A program made the position numbers and the translations under genes. From an uncultured virus (IMG/VR IMGVR_UViG_3300009081_000011) (lineage: Duplodnaviria; Heunggongvirae; Uroviricota; Caudoviricetes), in IMG/VR virus record IMGVR_UViG_3300009081_000011: a DNA stretch of 64,000 nucleotides. One strand, given 5' to 3'. The notes below the pieces were generated by a model. The model was given only the letters and a program-made list of their open reading frames with translations. It was not told where the DNA came from and made no database searches. This document shows, in pieces, positions 8,635 to 17,683 of this stretch. Each line of letters opens with the position of its first letter. Position 1 is the first letter of the stretch.

Positions 8635-10598
8635 GACGTGATCCATCCCATCGCCTCGACTTCGGCTACGTCGACCTGCATGATCCACGCTTCCTGGTCT
8701 TTGAGGCCGTAGGAAATCAACAGTTGGTGGTCGTCGAGCGCCATGCCGGCGCAGAACTCGATCCCGTGGTGTGCAAATACCCACGCGGGAGAGACGGCCG
8801 TCACGATGAAACGCGCGTCTAGCCGCACGAATCGATGAAGATAGATGCGCCCTTCGTTCGTGTCGATGCTTTCGTGCATGATGCACAGGTATCCGTCCTT
8901 GAACGCGATTGCAGCACCGCCTCGGAGGTGTTCGAGCGCAAACGGGCAGCTTCGAAGAGGCCCAGGGAGGATTGCCGTCGGATCCAGCGAGTAGATCCAG
9001 GTGAACTCTCCGTTCACGGAGAGGGGTAGCCAGTTTTTTTCGTGTTGTTGGTTCGATGGTTGAACGTCGGCTTGAACGACATCGCCGTCGTCGTTCAGGT
9101 GCAATCGCGCCATGAGGCGTCTGTCCGGATCGCGATCACAGACAGTTGCTCCCGCAGCGAGCCCGCCGACCACTGAAACCAAACGCACGTCTTCGTAGCC
9201 GACGATTTTGGATTTCTTGCGTGGCGCTGTGTCCAGGTCGCGCATCAATTCGGCACCGATCAGTTCTACGTCAGGGCTCAACCTGCCGAGGTAGTTTTCC
9301 GTGCGTGTGATTCCGTCGGGATCGTCTACCTTGTACTTCTTGCCCGTTATCGTGTAGTTCACGGTTCGCACCACGCACCAGAGCTCTCCGTTGTGCCAAC
9401 AAATACTGGGATTCAGCGGGTGGAATCCGTTCGGAGGCTCGAACAGGATTTGTGAACTACGAGCGCTCGGACACGTGTTCGAGAGTGGAAGCGGCCGAAG
9501 CATTTCACGTGCGTCGTACCGGTTTGGCGTCAGTCGAGTTACGCCCATCCGATCCAGATCTCGGTCGTTCTTGGCGCCGAGCCTGGCGAGCTTGGCGGCG
9601 TTGTAGTCAGCGTCCGCTTTTGCTTGCTCGACCGGATCAGTCAGTGCGGATCGTAGTATGTCGTACGGGAGTTCGTAGAGCGCGGGCAGGAAGCGAAAAT
9701 GTAAACGATCGGGACCGCACCCTTTGTACCGCCCCACCGCCTCTGCAATGCGAGCCCACGCGACAGCAAAGTCGTTTCTTTTGAGGTGGCGTGCGGCTAC
9801 GGCAGCGATCCACGCGCACTCTGCGGATGTAGCGCTCGCTCCTATTCCCCGCGCTGCGGCTCGGATGGCGTCTTCGTAGAGTTTTAGCGCCACGAGTTGA
9901 TCGGCCTGCTTGTAGGCCGCCCAGGCCGCTTCGTCGCCGATTTTTCGGAGAGCGACGCAGTTGCCGTAGGCGATTACAGCCTTGTGGTGCTCACCAAGAC
10001 CCTCGTGCGACATGCCGAGGTAGTACCACCATCGACCGTCGTTTGGGTGTTTGGCCACGTATTCGGTGAGCAGCTCGACGTCGCGCTTGAACTTTTTGTT
10101 TAGCTGTTCTTCGGTTTTGGGGAGTTCGAAAAATGCGACACCGCTGAGTGTTGCGCGCGTTCCACCACGGAGTACCTCGTGCGTTGGACCGACGTAGCAA
10201 GCGCTCGATGACGCGCGTACAAACTTGTCCTTTATGTACGAATCGTAACTGTCGAATGATTCAATCCACACCGCGTCCGCGCGAATATTCGCGAGTACGG
10301 ATCGCAGATCAACCGAACCGAAACGGAAACGCTCATCCGAATCTAGAATTACGATCCAGTCGGCGCCCATTGCCTTGGCTGTGGCGAGCCCGACGTTGCG
10401 GGCGAAGGAGAAGTCATTGGCCCACGTGTGCTTGACGACCAAGAGCTTGCTACCTGCGACCTCTCTTGCACGTTCGATGGTGCCGTCGGTGATGCCGGTG
10501 TCGACGAGTAGAACGCGGTCTACATGATCGACTACGCTTTTGATGGCGTCACCGATCACTGACTCGCGATTGTCCGAAATGGTGACGCTGACGATCAC
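8631..10598 (-). CDS. GT2 glycosyltransferase-TPR protein fused to a beta-propeller glycosidase-like domain
   Basis: LVDTG.TDGT, DFSFARN, LDSDE, HE; TPR-like WYYLG..; NPSI, GYEDVRL, EKNW, GIEFCAG. Confidence 0.8.
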   Translation of the reverse strand: MIVSVTISDNRESVIGDAIKSVVDHVDRVLLVDTGITDGTIERAREVAGSKLLVVKHTWANDFSFARNVGLATAKAMGADWIVILDSDERFRFGSVDLRSVLANIRADAVWIESFDSYDSYIKDKFVRASSSACYVGPTHEVLRGGTRATLSGVAFFELPKTEEQLNKKFKRDVELLTEYVAKHPNDGRWWYYLGMSHEGLGEHHKAVIAYGNCVALRKIGDEAAWAAYKQADQLVALKLYEDAIRAAARGIGASATSAECAWIAAVAARHLKRNDFAVAWARIAEAVGRYKGCGPDRLHFRFLPALYELPYDILRSALTDPVEQAKADADYNAAKLARLGAKNDRDLDRMGVTRLTPNRYDAREMLRPLPLSNTCPSARSSQILFEPPNGFHPLNPSICWHNGELWCVVRTVNYTITGKKYKVDDPDGITRTENYLGRLSPDVELIGAELMRDLDTAPRKKSKIVGYEDVRLVSVVGGLAAGATVCDRDPDRRLMARLHLNDDGDVVQADVQPSNQQHEKNWLPLSVNGEFTWIYSLDPTAILPGPLRSCPFALEHLRGGAAIAFKDGYLCIMHESIDTNEGRIYLHRFVRLDARFIVTAVSPAWVFAHHGIEFCAGMALDDHQLLISYGLKDQEAWIMQVDVAEVEAMGWITS

Positions 10599-10783
10599 GG
10601 CATGGTGCCCTTGTGCCGCGCTCTCGTGATGGCTAGCATTCGAAGCCACGTCGAAACGCCACTGATGCCTGCGCGTTGAGCGGCTTTCTTGAACTCTTTC
10701 TTCTCGGTGGCGGAAACACGCACCACCACCGTTCCTTTTTTGCGGTCTTTTGCCTTGGGGCGTCCGCCGGTTGGGCCGCTCAT
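10595..10783 (-). CDS. ribbon-helix-helix DNA-binding protein
   Basis: GRPK then VVVRVSATEKKEFKKAA...VSTWLR. Confidence 0.7.
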   Translation of the reverse strand: MSGPTGGRPKAKDRKKGTVVVRVSATEKKEFKKAAQRAGISGVSTWLRMLAITRARHKGTMP

Positions 10784-10832
10784 GGGTTCGTATAATGTGC
10801 TAACGAAAAGCATACGTCAACGAAATCGCCTT

Positions 10833-10861
10833 TTGCGCGGGTTTTTGGCCTTTGCTACAGT
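10833..10861 (+). promoter_or_regulatory. sigma70-like promoter candidate
   Basis: TTGCGC-N17-TACAGT with a TG extension, 10 nt upstream of ATG 10872. Confidence 0.4.
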
Positions 10862-10871
10862 AGAGCTCTTC

Positions 10872-11339
10872 ATGAATCGCCGCTCGTTTCTCCAGGCGTT
10901 TGCCGTCACCGCATCTGGCTTGTTTTTGCCGGAGTCGAAGCGTGTCTACTCGTTCGCGCGAGATCTTCGAGTCCCGAGCATCGAATTCGACAGCGCGTGG
11001 CACAAGTTTTCGATCACGTGGGATGGCGTAACTGCTCGTGGGCTTATCGACGATCAAATCGTTGTTGAGGGGAATGATGTGCGTAGCGGCATGTATTTTG
11101 AACGAGATCTAGGTGGAGTGTGGCGCGGTCGGTTAGGTAACCCGTCGTTCGACTTGAGTAAGGGCAAGATCAGCGGCGGGCTCAGAGTAGAGCGCGGCGA
11201 AGTGCACGTCGATTGTATGTCCGGTCGTTTTCTAGGATCCCCGCTCCCGAGTTTCAGCGGGCGGATCGATTCGACAATGCGCATCGTGAGCCCGGACGCT
11301 TCCGTCCGACTTGGTTGGGGCGATCCTCGCGAAGCCTAG
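10872..11339 (+). CDS. protein with twin-arginine-like N-terminus
   Basis: MNRRSFLQAFAVTASGLFLP. Confidence 0.55.
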   Translation: MNRRSFLQAFAVTASGLFLPESKRVYSFARDLRVPSIEFDSAWHKFSITWDGVTARGLIDDQIVVEGNDVRSGMYFERDLGGVWRGRLGNPSFDLSKGKISGGLRVERGEVHVDCMSGRFLGSPLPSFSGRIDSTMRIVSPDASVRLGWGDPREA

Positions 11340-11575
11340 GGGAAGTACGCGAACATCTGCTGCCCTGCGCGTACGTAGAGTGCCTCAGCGCTTCGTGTGT
11401 CGTGCTCCCATTCGGATCCGGTCCACCGCCACCGGTGGAGCCGTCGCACTCCGGGTGTGCCCCGTTCGATATCGGTCTCGTACCGCCAAAGCGTTTCGTC
11501 GTTGAGCAGCACGTACCCGTGCCATTGACCGCCGTTGTCGCGTTCGACCCACCAAATGTAGTAGGCCCAGTTCAT
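11336..11575 (-). CDS. Trp-rich hypothetical protein
   Basis: 79-aa ORF with ATGA coupling to the upstream gene. Confidence 0.5.
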   Translation of the reverse strand: MNWAYYIWWVERDNGGQWHGYVLLNDETLWRYETDIERGTPGVRRLHRWRWTGSEWEHDTRSAEALYVRAGQQMFAYFP

Positions 11576-12243
11576 CCTATGATCATCACGGTGAGCGTGA
11601 GCCCCCTGATCAGCATGTTCGCGGAGTCCGTGACGACCTTGGACAACACGGGTTGGATCGTGTCCCCACTCGTGAGCGACATCCTTCGTTGAGCCGTGGC
11701 GGTCGATGGGCTAGTGATCCCCGGATACTCGAGTCCCTGTCCCGCGCCCGCTGCTGCGGCGACAGTGCCAAACGTAGCTTGTCCGATGAGATCGCCGTTT
11801 TGTGCGATGCCGATCGCATAGACACGATCGCCCGATGCGGCATCTGGAGAGACCGCTTGTGAGAGCCACGAGATAACCTCGACGTCGGGACCCGTGTACG
11901 TGAGAATGCATCCGGCAGCGGTTAGTGAGAAGCGGCCAGCGAGATCGGGAGACAGCACGAAGTCGGTTCCGGTAATTCCGATGTACTGATCGCCCGGGTA
12001 CGGCGCCGTGGTGGTGTACTGTGTGGTTTGATCGTCGGTGACTTGGGCGGTTGCTACGCCTGGCGTGCCGGCAGGGCCTTCCGGGCCTTCTGCTCCGTCG
12101 GCCCCATCTGCGCCTGTGGGTCCGGTTGGTCCCGTGTCGCCTGGTGGCCCCTCAGATCCTGTTGGTCCGGCCGAACCGCCGCCGCTACTTCGTTCAGGGT
12201 ACGTTTCTCGCGCGTAGCTACGGCGGCCGACGATGTAGGCCAT
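11572..12243 (-). CDS. collagen-like spike/fibre protein with shared N-terminal motif and beta-rich head
   Basis: MAYIVGRRSYARETYPER, about 12 Gly-X-Y triplets, beta-rich C-terminus. Confidence 0.7.
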   Translation of the reverse strand: MAYIVGRRSYARETYPERSSGGGSAGPTGSEGPPGDTGPTGPTGADGADGAEGPEGPAGTPGVATAQVTDDQTTQYTTTAPYPGDQYIGITGTDFVLSPDLAGRFSLTAAGCILTYTGPDVEVISWLSQAVSPDAASGDRVYAIGIAQNGDLIGQATFGTVAAAAGAGQGLEYPGITSPSTATAQRRMSLTSGDTIQPVLSKVVTDSANMLIRGLTLTVMIIG

Positions 12244-12246
12244 TTT

Positions 12247-13833
12247 TTATCGGGTGATCTCTTCTACGAACTCGTCGATCGCGATGAGACCCGTGTTCCG
12301 GGTGTACGCCAGCGTGTGAACCCCAGCGGCGAGAGGACCAGAATCGAAAAGGAGAACGTTCAACTGTGTCGTAGCGTCTGTTTGCGTGATGATCTGCGGT
12401 GCGCCTCCGTCTAGAACGAGCGAGCCGGTACCAACGCCAGCACCCTTTCGTCCTTTCAACATCAGTCGCGTGCAATTAGCTCCGCTCGTGAACGTTTTCG
12501 AGTTCGCGGCGGTACTCGTGCGGCTCTCTGCGTATTCGAAAGCGCCGTAGACGGTCGAGCCCTGCTGCAAGCTCCAACCGGCGCCGACGGTGGCTATGTG
12601 CGAGTTGAGCCAGTTCGGATGGTAGTGGTTTTCGTAGACAGGAGGCAGGTTGTCCGTTTTGACGTTGATGAGCGCAGCGAGCCACGGAGAGAGGCCCGCG
12701 TTGGGCGAGCGAACTATGGACTGCTCTGTCGGCAAGATGTCACCGCTCTCGTCGGGCTCTTCTGCCGGGTGAAACCAAATCGCCTGGAGTGGCGAATAAA
12801 CCTTCGCGAATTGGATCGCGTTGCTGACGTGCCCTTCGATCTGCTCGTAGGTCGGGCAATCGACCCAGTTTCCAGGGTCGCCGACGTCGATGCGGGGGCG
12901 GCCGTCGTTTTTCACGGTCACGGCCGGGATAGTTTCGTTCGCGCCGTTGAGCGTCCAGAACTCGATGTCCTTGGCGATTTGATCGCTGTACGGTCGATGG
13001 GCTACGCCGAACGAGGTTTGGTTGGGCCCATAGAAGAACACGCCGTCTAGCCCCAGCGTCGTGACCATCAAATTCGTGTTGCCGTAGATCACGCCTCGGT
13101 TGAAAAGCGCCGCACGCAATTCGTTAACGCGTGTCTGATCCCACGCCGGTCCCGCTGAATCGAACAAGAACATGATCGGGCGGCCGTCGCTGGTCTTCCA
13201 GTGCATCTCGTGTTGTGTGAACGGGATCCAATACGGAAGAAAAACACTGGTGAAATTCAACCAAGTGCCGCCGGTCGGGGCTAGCGGGGGCAATTTCACT
13301 AGCGTTGTGTTGACGTCGTATGCCGCTTGCCCGGAGATGTTGACGAAGCAGAACTTCGGTTTGTTCGGGACAGTACTCGCGATGTAGAGATCGAACGGTC
13401 GCGTCAGAAACTGCCGGTTGTCGAGCGCTCCGCTCACGAGCACCAGATCTGGGTTCATGTACCAGTCGAATGCGAGCACCGTAACGCCGCCGTCTCTGTA
13501 TTTCTCGAGGATGTAGTCCATGTTCGCTTGGTCGACGGCAGCGTTGCCGGAGTCCAAGTATCGAAACGGAACGTCTCCAGCTCCGAGTTTGTCTCGGTAG
13601 CTGTAGTCCTCTTGCGCATCCGGATCAGCATCGTCCTGGAGCAGCGGAGAGACCTGAAACTGCTGCGACATGCCGCGCACGAGCGCGCCGGGCCAGAAAA
13701 CGCTGACCACCTCCAGATCGTTCGAATCGAAAGATACGATTGCTTTGTTGCAGCCTAGCGCCCCGATGGCCGCGAGCAGGACGCCCGCTAAACCAAACCA
13801 CCGGGGCGCTAGGCCGCTCTTGGTGGATCCCAT
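12247..13833 (-). CDS. lipoprotein-like glycoside hydrolase candidate with C-terminal beta-sandwich
   Basis: lipobox-like GALGC; AFDWY and KFCF segments resemble GH99/GH71-like barrels; CBM-like tail. Confidence 0.5.
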   Translation of the reverse strand: MGSTKSGLAPRWFGLAGVLLAAIGALGCNKAIVSFDSNDLEVVSVFWPGALVRGMSQQFQVSPLLQDDADPDAQEDYSYRDKLGAGDVPFRYLDSGNAAVDQANMDYILEKYRDGGVTVLAFDWYMNPDLVLVSGALDNRQFLTRPFDLYIASTVPNKPKFCFVNISGQAAYDVNTTLVKLPPLAPTGGTWLNFTSVFLPYWIPFTQHEMHWKTSDGRPIMFLFDSAGPAWDQTRVNELRAALFNRGVIYGNTNLMVTTLGLDGVFFYGPNQTSFGVAHRPYSDQIAKDIEFWTLNGANETIPAVTVKNDGRPRIDVGDPGNWVDCPTYEQIEGHVSNAIQFAKVYSPLQAIWFHPAEEPDESGDILPTEQSIVRSPNAGLSPWLAALINVKTDNLPPVYENHYHPNWLNSHIATVGAGWSLQQGSTVYGAFEYAESRTSTAANSKTFTSGANCTRLMLKGRKGAGVGTGSLVLDGGAPQIITQTDATTQLNVLLFDSGPLAAGVHTLAYTRNTGLIAIDEFVEEITR

Positions 13834-14591
13834 CTGAAATCGACGTCGTGATAATCCACGAGCGTTAGCCGCTGCGCTGTGCCTGCGCTGCGGATCTTGC
13901 TGCCACCTTCGGCAATCGCATTTGTCGGTAGCGCCGCGAGAGCGACGTCGCCGATCGACACGCCGTTGACGAGAAACCGAGTAGTCTGGGCAGGGACGCC
14001 GTTCCATGCGACGCCGGTGCCGTTGTGTCGAATCTCGAGCTCGACGAACGAACCGGCTACGACCGGAATGCTCGTACCGCCGGACGTGAGTGTCGGCACC
14101 GATGCCTTCATCGCAACACCACGCCAGTTTCCGCCCGAGAGGTTATCCGAGTACTCGAAGTACACACCGTCTGTTGGAGCGGCAGCGAGGCTGTTGATGA
14201 GTCCGTGTCGATCTGCGAACCTATCGCCCGCCGTACTGAGCGTGACTATGTTGACTTTGATCCGTTCGTGCCACCGTTGCCCGGCCCCGATGATTCGATT
14301 TGGCGTGCTCGATGCGAATCTCGCGTAGGCGGCTATGGCGTTCGTGCTCGTTACGGTCTCGAGCTGCAAGACACCTTGAACCGTCGTCGACTGGCCCGTC
14401 GTTACGAACGAAAGAGTTCCGTTGTTCGCGAAACTACCACGCCACCCTTTGCTGAAAACTGTGTTGACGGCGATTGCGGCGACACCGGTGCCGGCGTTGC
14501 CGCCCCATGTGAAATCGTCTTCTTCTATGAACTGTTCACGGGTACCTCGACCCATGAAGCCGCCCACTTGATCCGGTTGAACTAGTACCAT
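13809..14591 (-). CDS. beta-sandwich (ConA/LamG-like) virion protein
   Basis: Thr/Gly-rich beta protein; DGVYFEY, VELEIR, RFLVNG, LVDY. Confidence 0.5.
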   Translation of the reverse strand: MVLVQPDQVGGFMGRGTREQFIEEDDFTWGGNAGTGVAAIAVNTVFSKGWRGSFANNGTLSFVTTGQSTTVQGVLQLETVTSTNAIAAYARFASSTPNRIIGAGQRWHERIKVNIVTLSTAGDRFADRHGLINSLAAAPTDGVYFEYSDNLSGGNWRGVAMKASVPTLTSGGTSIPVVAGSFVELEIRHNGTGVAWNGVPAQTTRFLVNGVSIGDVALAALPTNAIAEGGSKIRSAGTAQRLTLVDYHDVDFRWDPPRAA

Positions 14592-14598
14592 TTGAGCC

Positions 14599-14946
14599 TC
14601 ACGAAGATGGTTGGTAGAAGATGGTGACGCGCCATCCTTCTACGAGACTTGGGTCTTCACTCGTCCAGGTGATCACGTTCCCGGCGAGATCCCAAAAATT
14701 CGAATCGTAGAAGAGGCCGTTCGCGAAAAAGATGATCCCTTCTTCCGAGGCCGGCGTGTCTGCCAGAATGAACTCGTTGATGTCCTCCTCGGACGAGACT
14801 GTGAAGGTCTCCGAGGTGTAGCCGAGCGCTCCGCCGTCTGCTCCGGTGGGCCCCTCTGGGCCTGTCGGTCCTGCGCCGCCACTTCCTCCGCCTCGTTCGG
14901 GATAGGTTTCCCTTGCGTAGCTTCTTCTCCCGACGATGTAGGCCAT
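14599..14946 (-). CDS. short collagen-like protein with shared N-terminal motif
   Basis: first 18 aa identical to the 11572-12243 protein; GPTGPEGPTGAD; small acidic beta domain. Confidence 0.7.
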   Translation of the reverse strand: MAYIVGRRSYARETYPERGGGSGGAGPTGPEGPTGADGGALGYTSETFTVSSEEDINEFILADTPASEEGIIFFANGLFYDSNFWDLAGNVITWTSEDPSLVEGWRVTIFYQPSS

Positions 14947-14961
14947 TTTTGCTCCTTGGCC

Positions 14962-15888
14962 TTAGACTTCGTTGATCGTGTTACTGATGAGCGTGACCGC
15001 TGTCTGCGCGAGCGCTCGGCCGTTGAGAACTGCGCCGGCTTGCATAGCGATTCCGGTTGCGCCCAAAATCTCCCCGTTGACCGTCACGCCCGGGAAGATC
15101 GTTACTTGCCCGGACACAGCCCAGAAAACGTTCTCCGGGAGGATGCCACCGACGAGTAGGACATCCTGTTGGATGTCCAGTGCGCCTAGCACTTGAATAA
15201 TGATTCCGTCTCCGACGCCGCCGTTGATTGTAAGAGGCCCCGCCGTGATGACCGATGCGCCAGTGTACCGATGCACGAATCCGGCTGTGAGCGGCGAGTC
15301 GGCGCTGATATCTCCGCCGACTGAAGTGAAGTCGGGCACCCGTCCGATGGCGTTGTTGTATGCAGCGATCATGTCGGCGCTGGCCTGCACGACCTTTGCG
15401 GGCGTCGGTACTGCATAATCCGGTGCGAACACCTGTCCGAGCTGTGGCGGTGGGCCAGGATCCACTTGAGCGGAAGTAGAGAACTGACCTCCGCCATCGA
15501 GCACGAGCGCGAATCCGGTAATGCTGGCGGCTGCGGCCGGGTTGACGCCCATGTCGCCGTTGACGTCTGATCCGCCAGTCGTGGTGATGCCCGACTGCGC
15601 AAAAATAGCGAAGTCCTCGCCTGTGCCCAAAGCAACGAATTGCGTCGGTGGCGGTGTCGGCGGCTCAGCTGCGCTCGGTCCTGTGACTGCGTTGTTCCTC
15701 AAGCTGATTGCTTGATCTCGAGGACGCGAAGCCCAGCTCCAACCCCCGTACTCGCTGTCGAAGTTGGGCGTGACGCCGAGATTTGCACGGTGGCGCTCCC
15801 GGTACTGTGCTTCGTCGATCAACTGTCGAGGTGCACCGTTCTCCGAATGCCCGCTCTTGTGTTTCAGGTTCTTGAGTTTGCGCCTCAT
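14962..15888 (-). CDS. ice-binding protein (DUF3494/IBP-like beta-solenoid) with basic N-terminal leader
   Basis: FAIFAQSGIT, GDMGVNPAAAASITGF, DMIAAYNNA.GR, NVFWAV, LNGRALAQTAVTL. Confidence 0.85.
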   Translation of the reverse strand: MRRKLKNLKHKSGHSENGAPRQLIDEAQYRERHRANLGVTPNFDSEYGGWSWASRPRDQAISLRNNAVTGPSAAEPPTPPPTQFVALGTGEDFAIFAQSGITTTGGSDVNGDMGVNPAAAASITGFALVLDGGGQFSTSAQVDPGPPPQLGQVFAPDYAVPTPAKVVQASADMIAAYNNAIGRVPDFTSVGGDISADSPLTAGFVHRYTGASVITAGPLTINGGVGDGIIIQVLGALDIQQDVLLVGGILPENVFWAVSGQVTIFPGVTVNGEILGATGIAMQAGAVLNGRALAQTAVTLISNTINEV

Positions 15889-16175
15889 GGGCCGTTCCTC
15901 GTTTCGTGTGGATCACCGAGCAGTCTCAACATCACGGCGTCGGCGAGTAGAGAGCAAAAACTTGTTGCGGCACCGACGACGTACATGTCGAGGGCTTTGC
16001 CGCGACCTAGAGTCACGACACCGAAGACACTCGCCCCCATTCCGACCCACATTCCGACGCACATGCTGCAACCGAAGAACGTAGGCCACACACGTCGGAT
16101 CGGATCGAAAATGGCGCCGCGCACGACGATGAGCGTCGTACCGACGAGCGCGAGAAGAAAAAAGAGGTGGTTCAC
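15885..16175 (-). CDS. small membrane protein (DUF1360-like)
   Basis: hydrophobic helices, IFDPIR and CSMCVGMWVG. Confidence 0.65.
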   Translation of the reverse strand: MNHLFFLLALVGTTLIVVRGAIFDPIRRVWPTFFGCSMCVGMWVGMGASVFGVVTLGRGKALDMYVVGAATSFCSLLADAVMLRLLGDPHETRNGP

Positions 16176-16702
16176 GGGGATGTGGCTTGGAATCTGGCGA
16201 GTTGCCAGATGAACAGGTTGGTGCCTTCGGCAAGGATGTTACCGTTGCCGCCTCCGGTAACCTCGATGCCCGGAACGAACAACACAGGCAGTAAGTGTCC
16301 GGGAGCTGGTGTTTCGGAACCGAATCGAACGGCAGACATGGTGGCGTTGACGGCCTGTAGCGCGGCAACGTCGGAAGCCGTCGCGTCTTCCTCTGATCCG
16401 GATCCTATTTGCAGGGAAATCCCCAACACCGTTGGCTCGACGTCGATGGAGACTTGTAACGTCGCCAAATACACGCCGAACGGCGTGAAAAAAATGCTCG
16501 TTGCGGCTTCTATTTCGAAATCTCCGAACGAAGCCGATTCGTAGACGACTGTGTCGAATGGGATGAACCTTGCAACCCCGTCGACGTAAGGCACATTGCC
16601 AGAGAGCCCCAACTGAGCGAACGGTTGCGCCGCGCCAGGCGATCCTGCCGCTCCACGCGGGTACGCTTCGGATTTGTGACCTGTTCTGCCAATGAGGTGC
16701 AT
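16172..16702 (-). CDS. C1q/TNF-like head protein with N-terminal motif variant
   Basis: MHLIGRTGHKSEAYP; IPFD...F...GVY pattern. Confidence 0.55.
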   Translation of the reverse strand: MHLIGRTGHKSEAYPRGAAGSPGAAQPFAQLGLSGNVPYVDGVARFIPFDTVVYESASFGDFEIEAATSIFFTPFGVYLATLQVSIDVEPTVLGISLQIGSGSEEDATASDVAALQAVNATMSAVRFGSETPAPGHLLPVLFVPGIEVTGGGNGNILAEGTNLFIWQLARFQATSP

Positions 16703-16709
16703 CGGTTGT

Positions 16710-16895
16710 TTACTTTCGTGAGGATAGAATCTCGACGAGACGAGTTGCCGTTTCCGGCTTGAGCTTGATCGTGCCGACTGATCCGATCTCGGCGTCGTCG
16801 TCGCTGATTTCGACGGAACCGTCTTCGAACACCTTCACGGTCGGGCACTTCTTGTACCCGCAACACATTGTCTCCTGGTGAATCAGATTGGGCAT
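16710..16895 (-). CDS. small Cys-containing protein
   Basis: 61 aa with RBS GGAG; MCCGYKKCP. Confidence 0.6.
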   Translation of the reverse strand: MPNLIHQETMCCGYKKCPTVKVFEDGSVEISDDDAEIGSVGTIKLKPETATRLVEILSSRK

Positions 16896-16905
16896 GGCTG
16901 GCTCC

Positions 16906-17430
16906 TTACCCTGTTGCCGGCATCAGCTCGTGAACATCGAGCGATGATGCGCCTGGATCTATGCTCAAGACGTCTGGGTTGTTCGCCGTGAGAATTACTT
17001 GAACGGTGGCTGTCACGCCTAGCGGCAATACAGATCCGTTGGTGAATACATTCACTTCAGTGAGGATGGGGATCAAAATATACCCAGATGCCGACAGCGT
17101 CGGTTCTGGGTTGAATGGGATGAACAACAGTTCGCCGTTGACCGCGACATGCACTGTCAACAATTCTTGGATCCCAGAGGAGCTTTTGACGCCGATGACG
17201 CCGATGATGCGCACCACGCCGGTGACACGCGGAGTAATCGGCACAGTCACCCCTGCCACTCCGACGTCCAAGCTTTGCCACGGGACCGATGTGGGCGATG
17301 TGAGAATCGGAGTGACGTTTTCCGGGCCAAACGCCGCGTTGCGCGCCAGCATTCCTGCCGCCGCACCACGTGGCGTTTCTGGGTAGGAGTGGTAACGCGT
17401 GCCTATGGCGTGGTTGATGAATTCGCTCAC
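16906..17430 (-). CDS. beta-sandwich virion protein, paralog of 17684-18223
   Basis: IGTRYHSYPE motif; LARN..GP..VPW..VPIT.RVTG aligns with the paralog. Confidence 0.65.
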   Translation of the reverse strand: MSEFINHAIGTRYHSYPETPRGAAAGMLARNAAFGPENVTPILTSPTSVPWQSLDVGVAGVTVPITPRVTGVVRIIGVIGVKSSSGIQELLTVHVAVNGELLFIPFNPEPTLSASGYILIPILTEVNVFTNGSVLPLGVTATVQVILTANNPDVLSIDPGASSLDVHELMPATG

Positions 17431-17672
17431 TGCCGTTCTCTCATGTGCGCCGCACGCTTCGCCCCGGTCAGTTCTTCAGGCGTCATGGGCACCAATCTGT
17501 TGGCGACGAGGAAGCTCAACTGCACTGTGCCTCGTCGCGTAGACAAGAGGCGCTCGACCGTCTTCTCCCAGTCGGCGTACACGAGAGCTTCGCCGTTCCA
17601 CTCCGGAGAATCGAAGTAGTCTTTGCAAGCGTGAGCCGCTTCGAGCTGAGCCTTCGTGATGACGACTTGCAT
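17427..17672 (-). CDS. hypothetical protein
   Basis: 81-aa ORF coupled to the downstream gene. Confidence 0.55.
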   Translation of the reverse strand: MQVVITKAQLEAAHACKDYFDSPEWNGEALVYADWEKTVERLLSTRRGTVQLSFLVANRLVPMTPEELTGAKRAAHMRERQ

Positions 17673-17683
17673 GGATGCCCTTT

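Noticed and set aside
12190..14946. Identical N-termini as a DGR template/variable pair or recent DNA duplication
   Set aside because: Differences are synonymous and not adenine-specific, and no reverse transcriptase is present in the window
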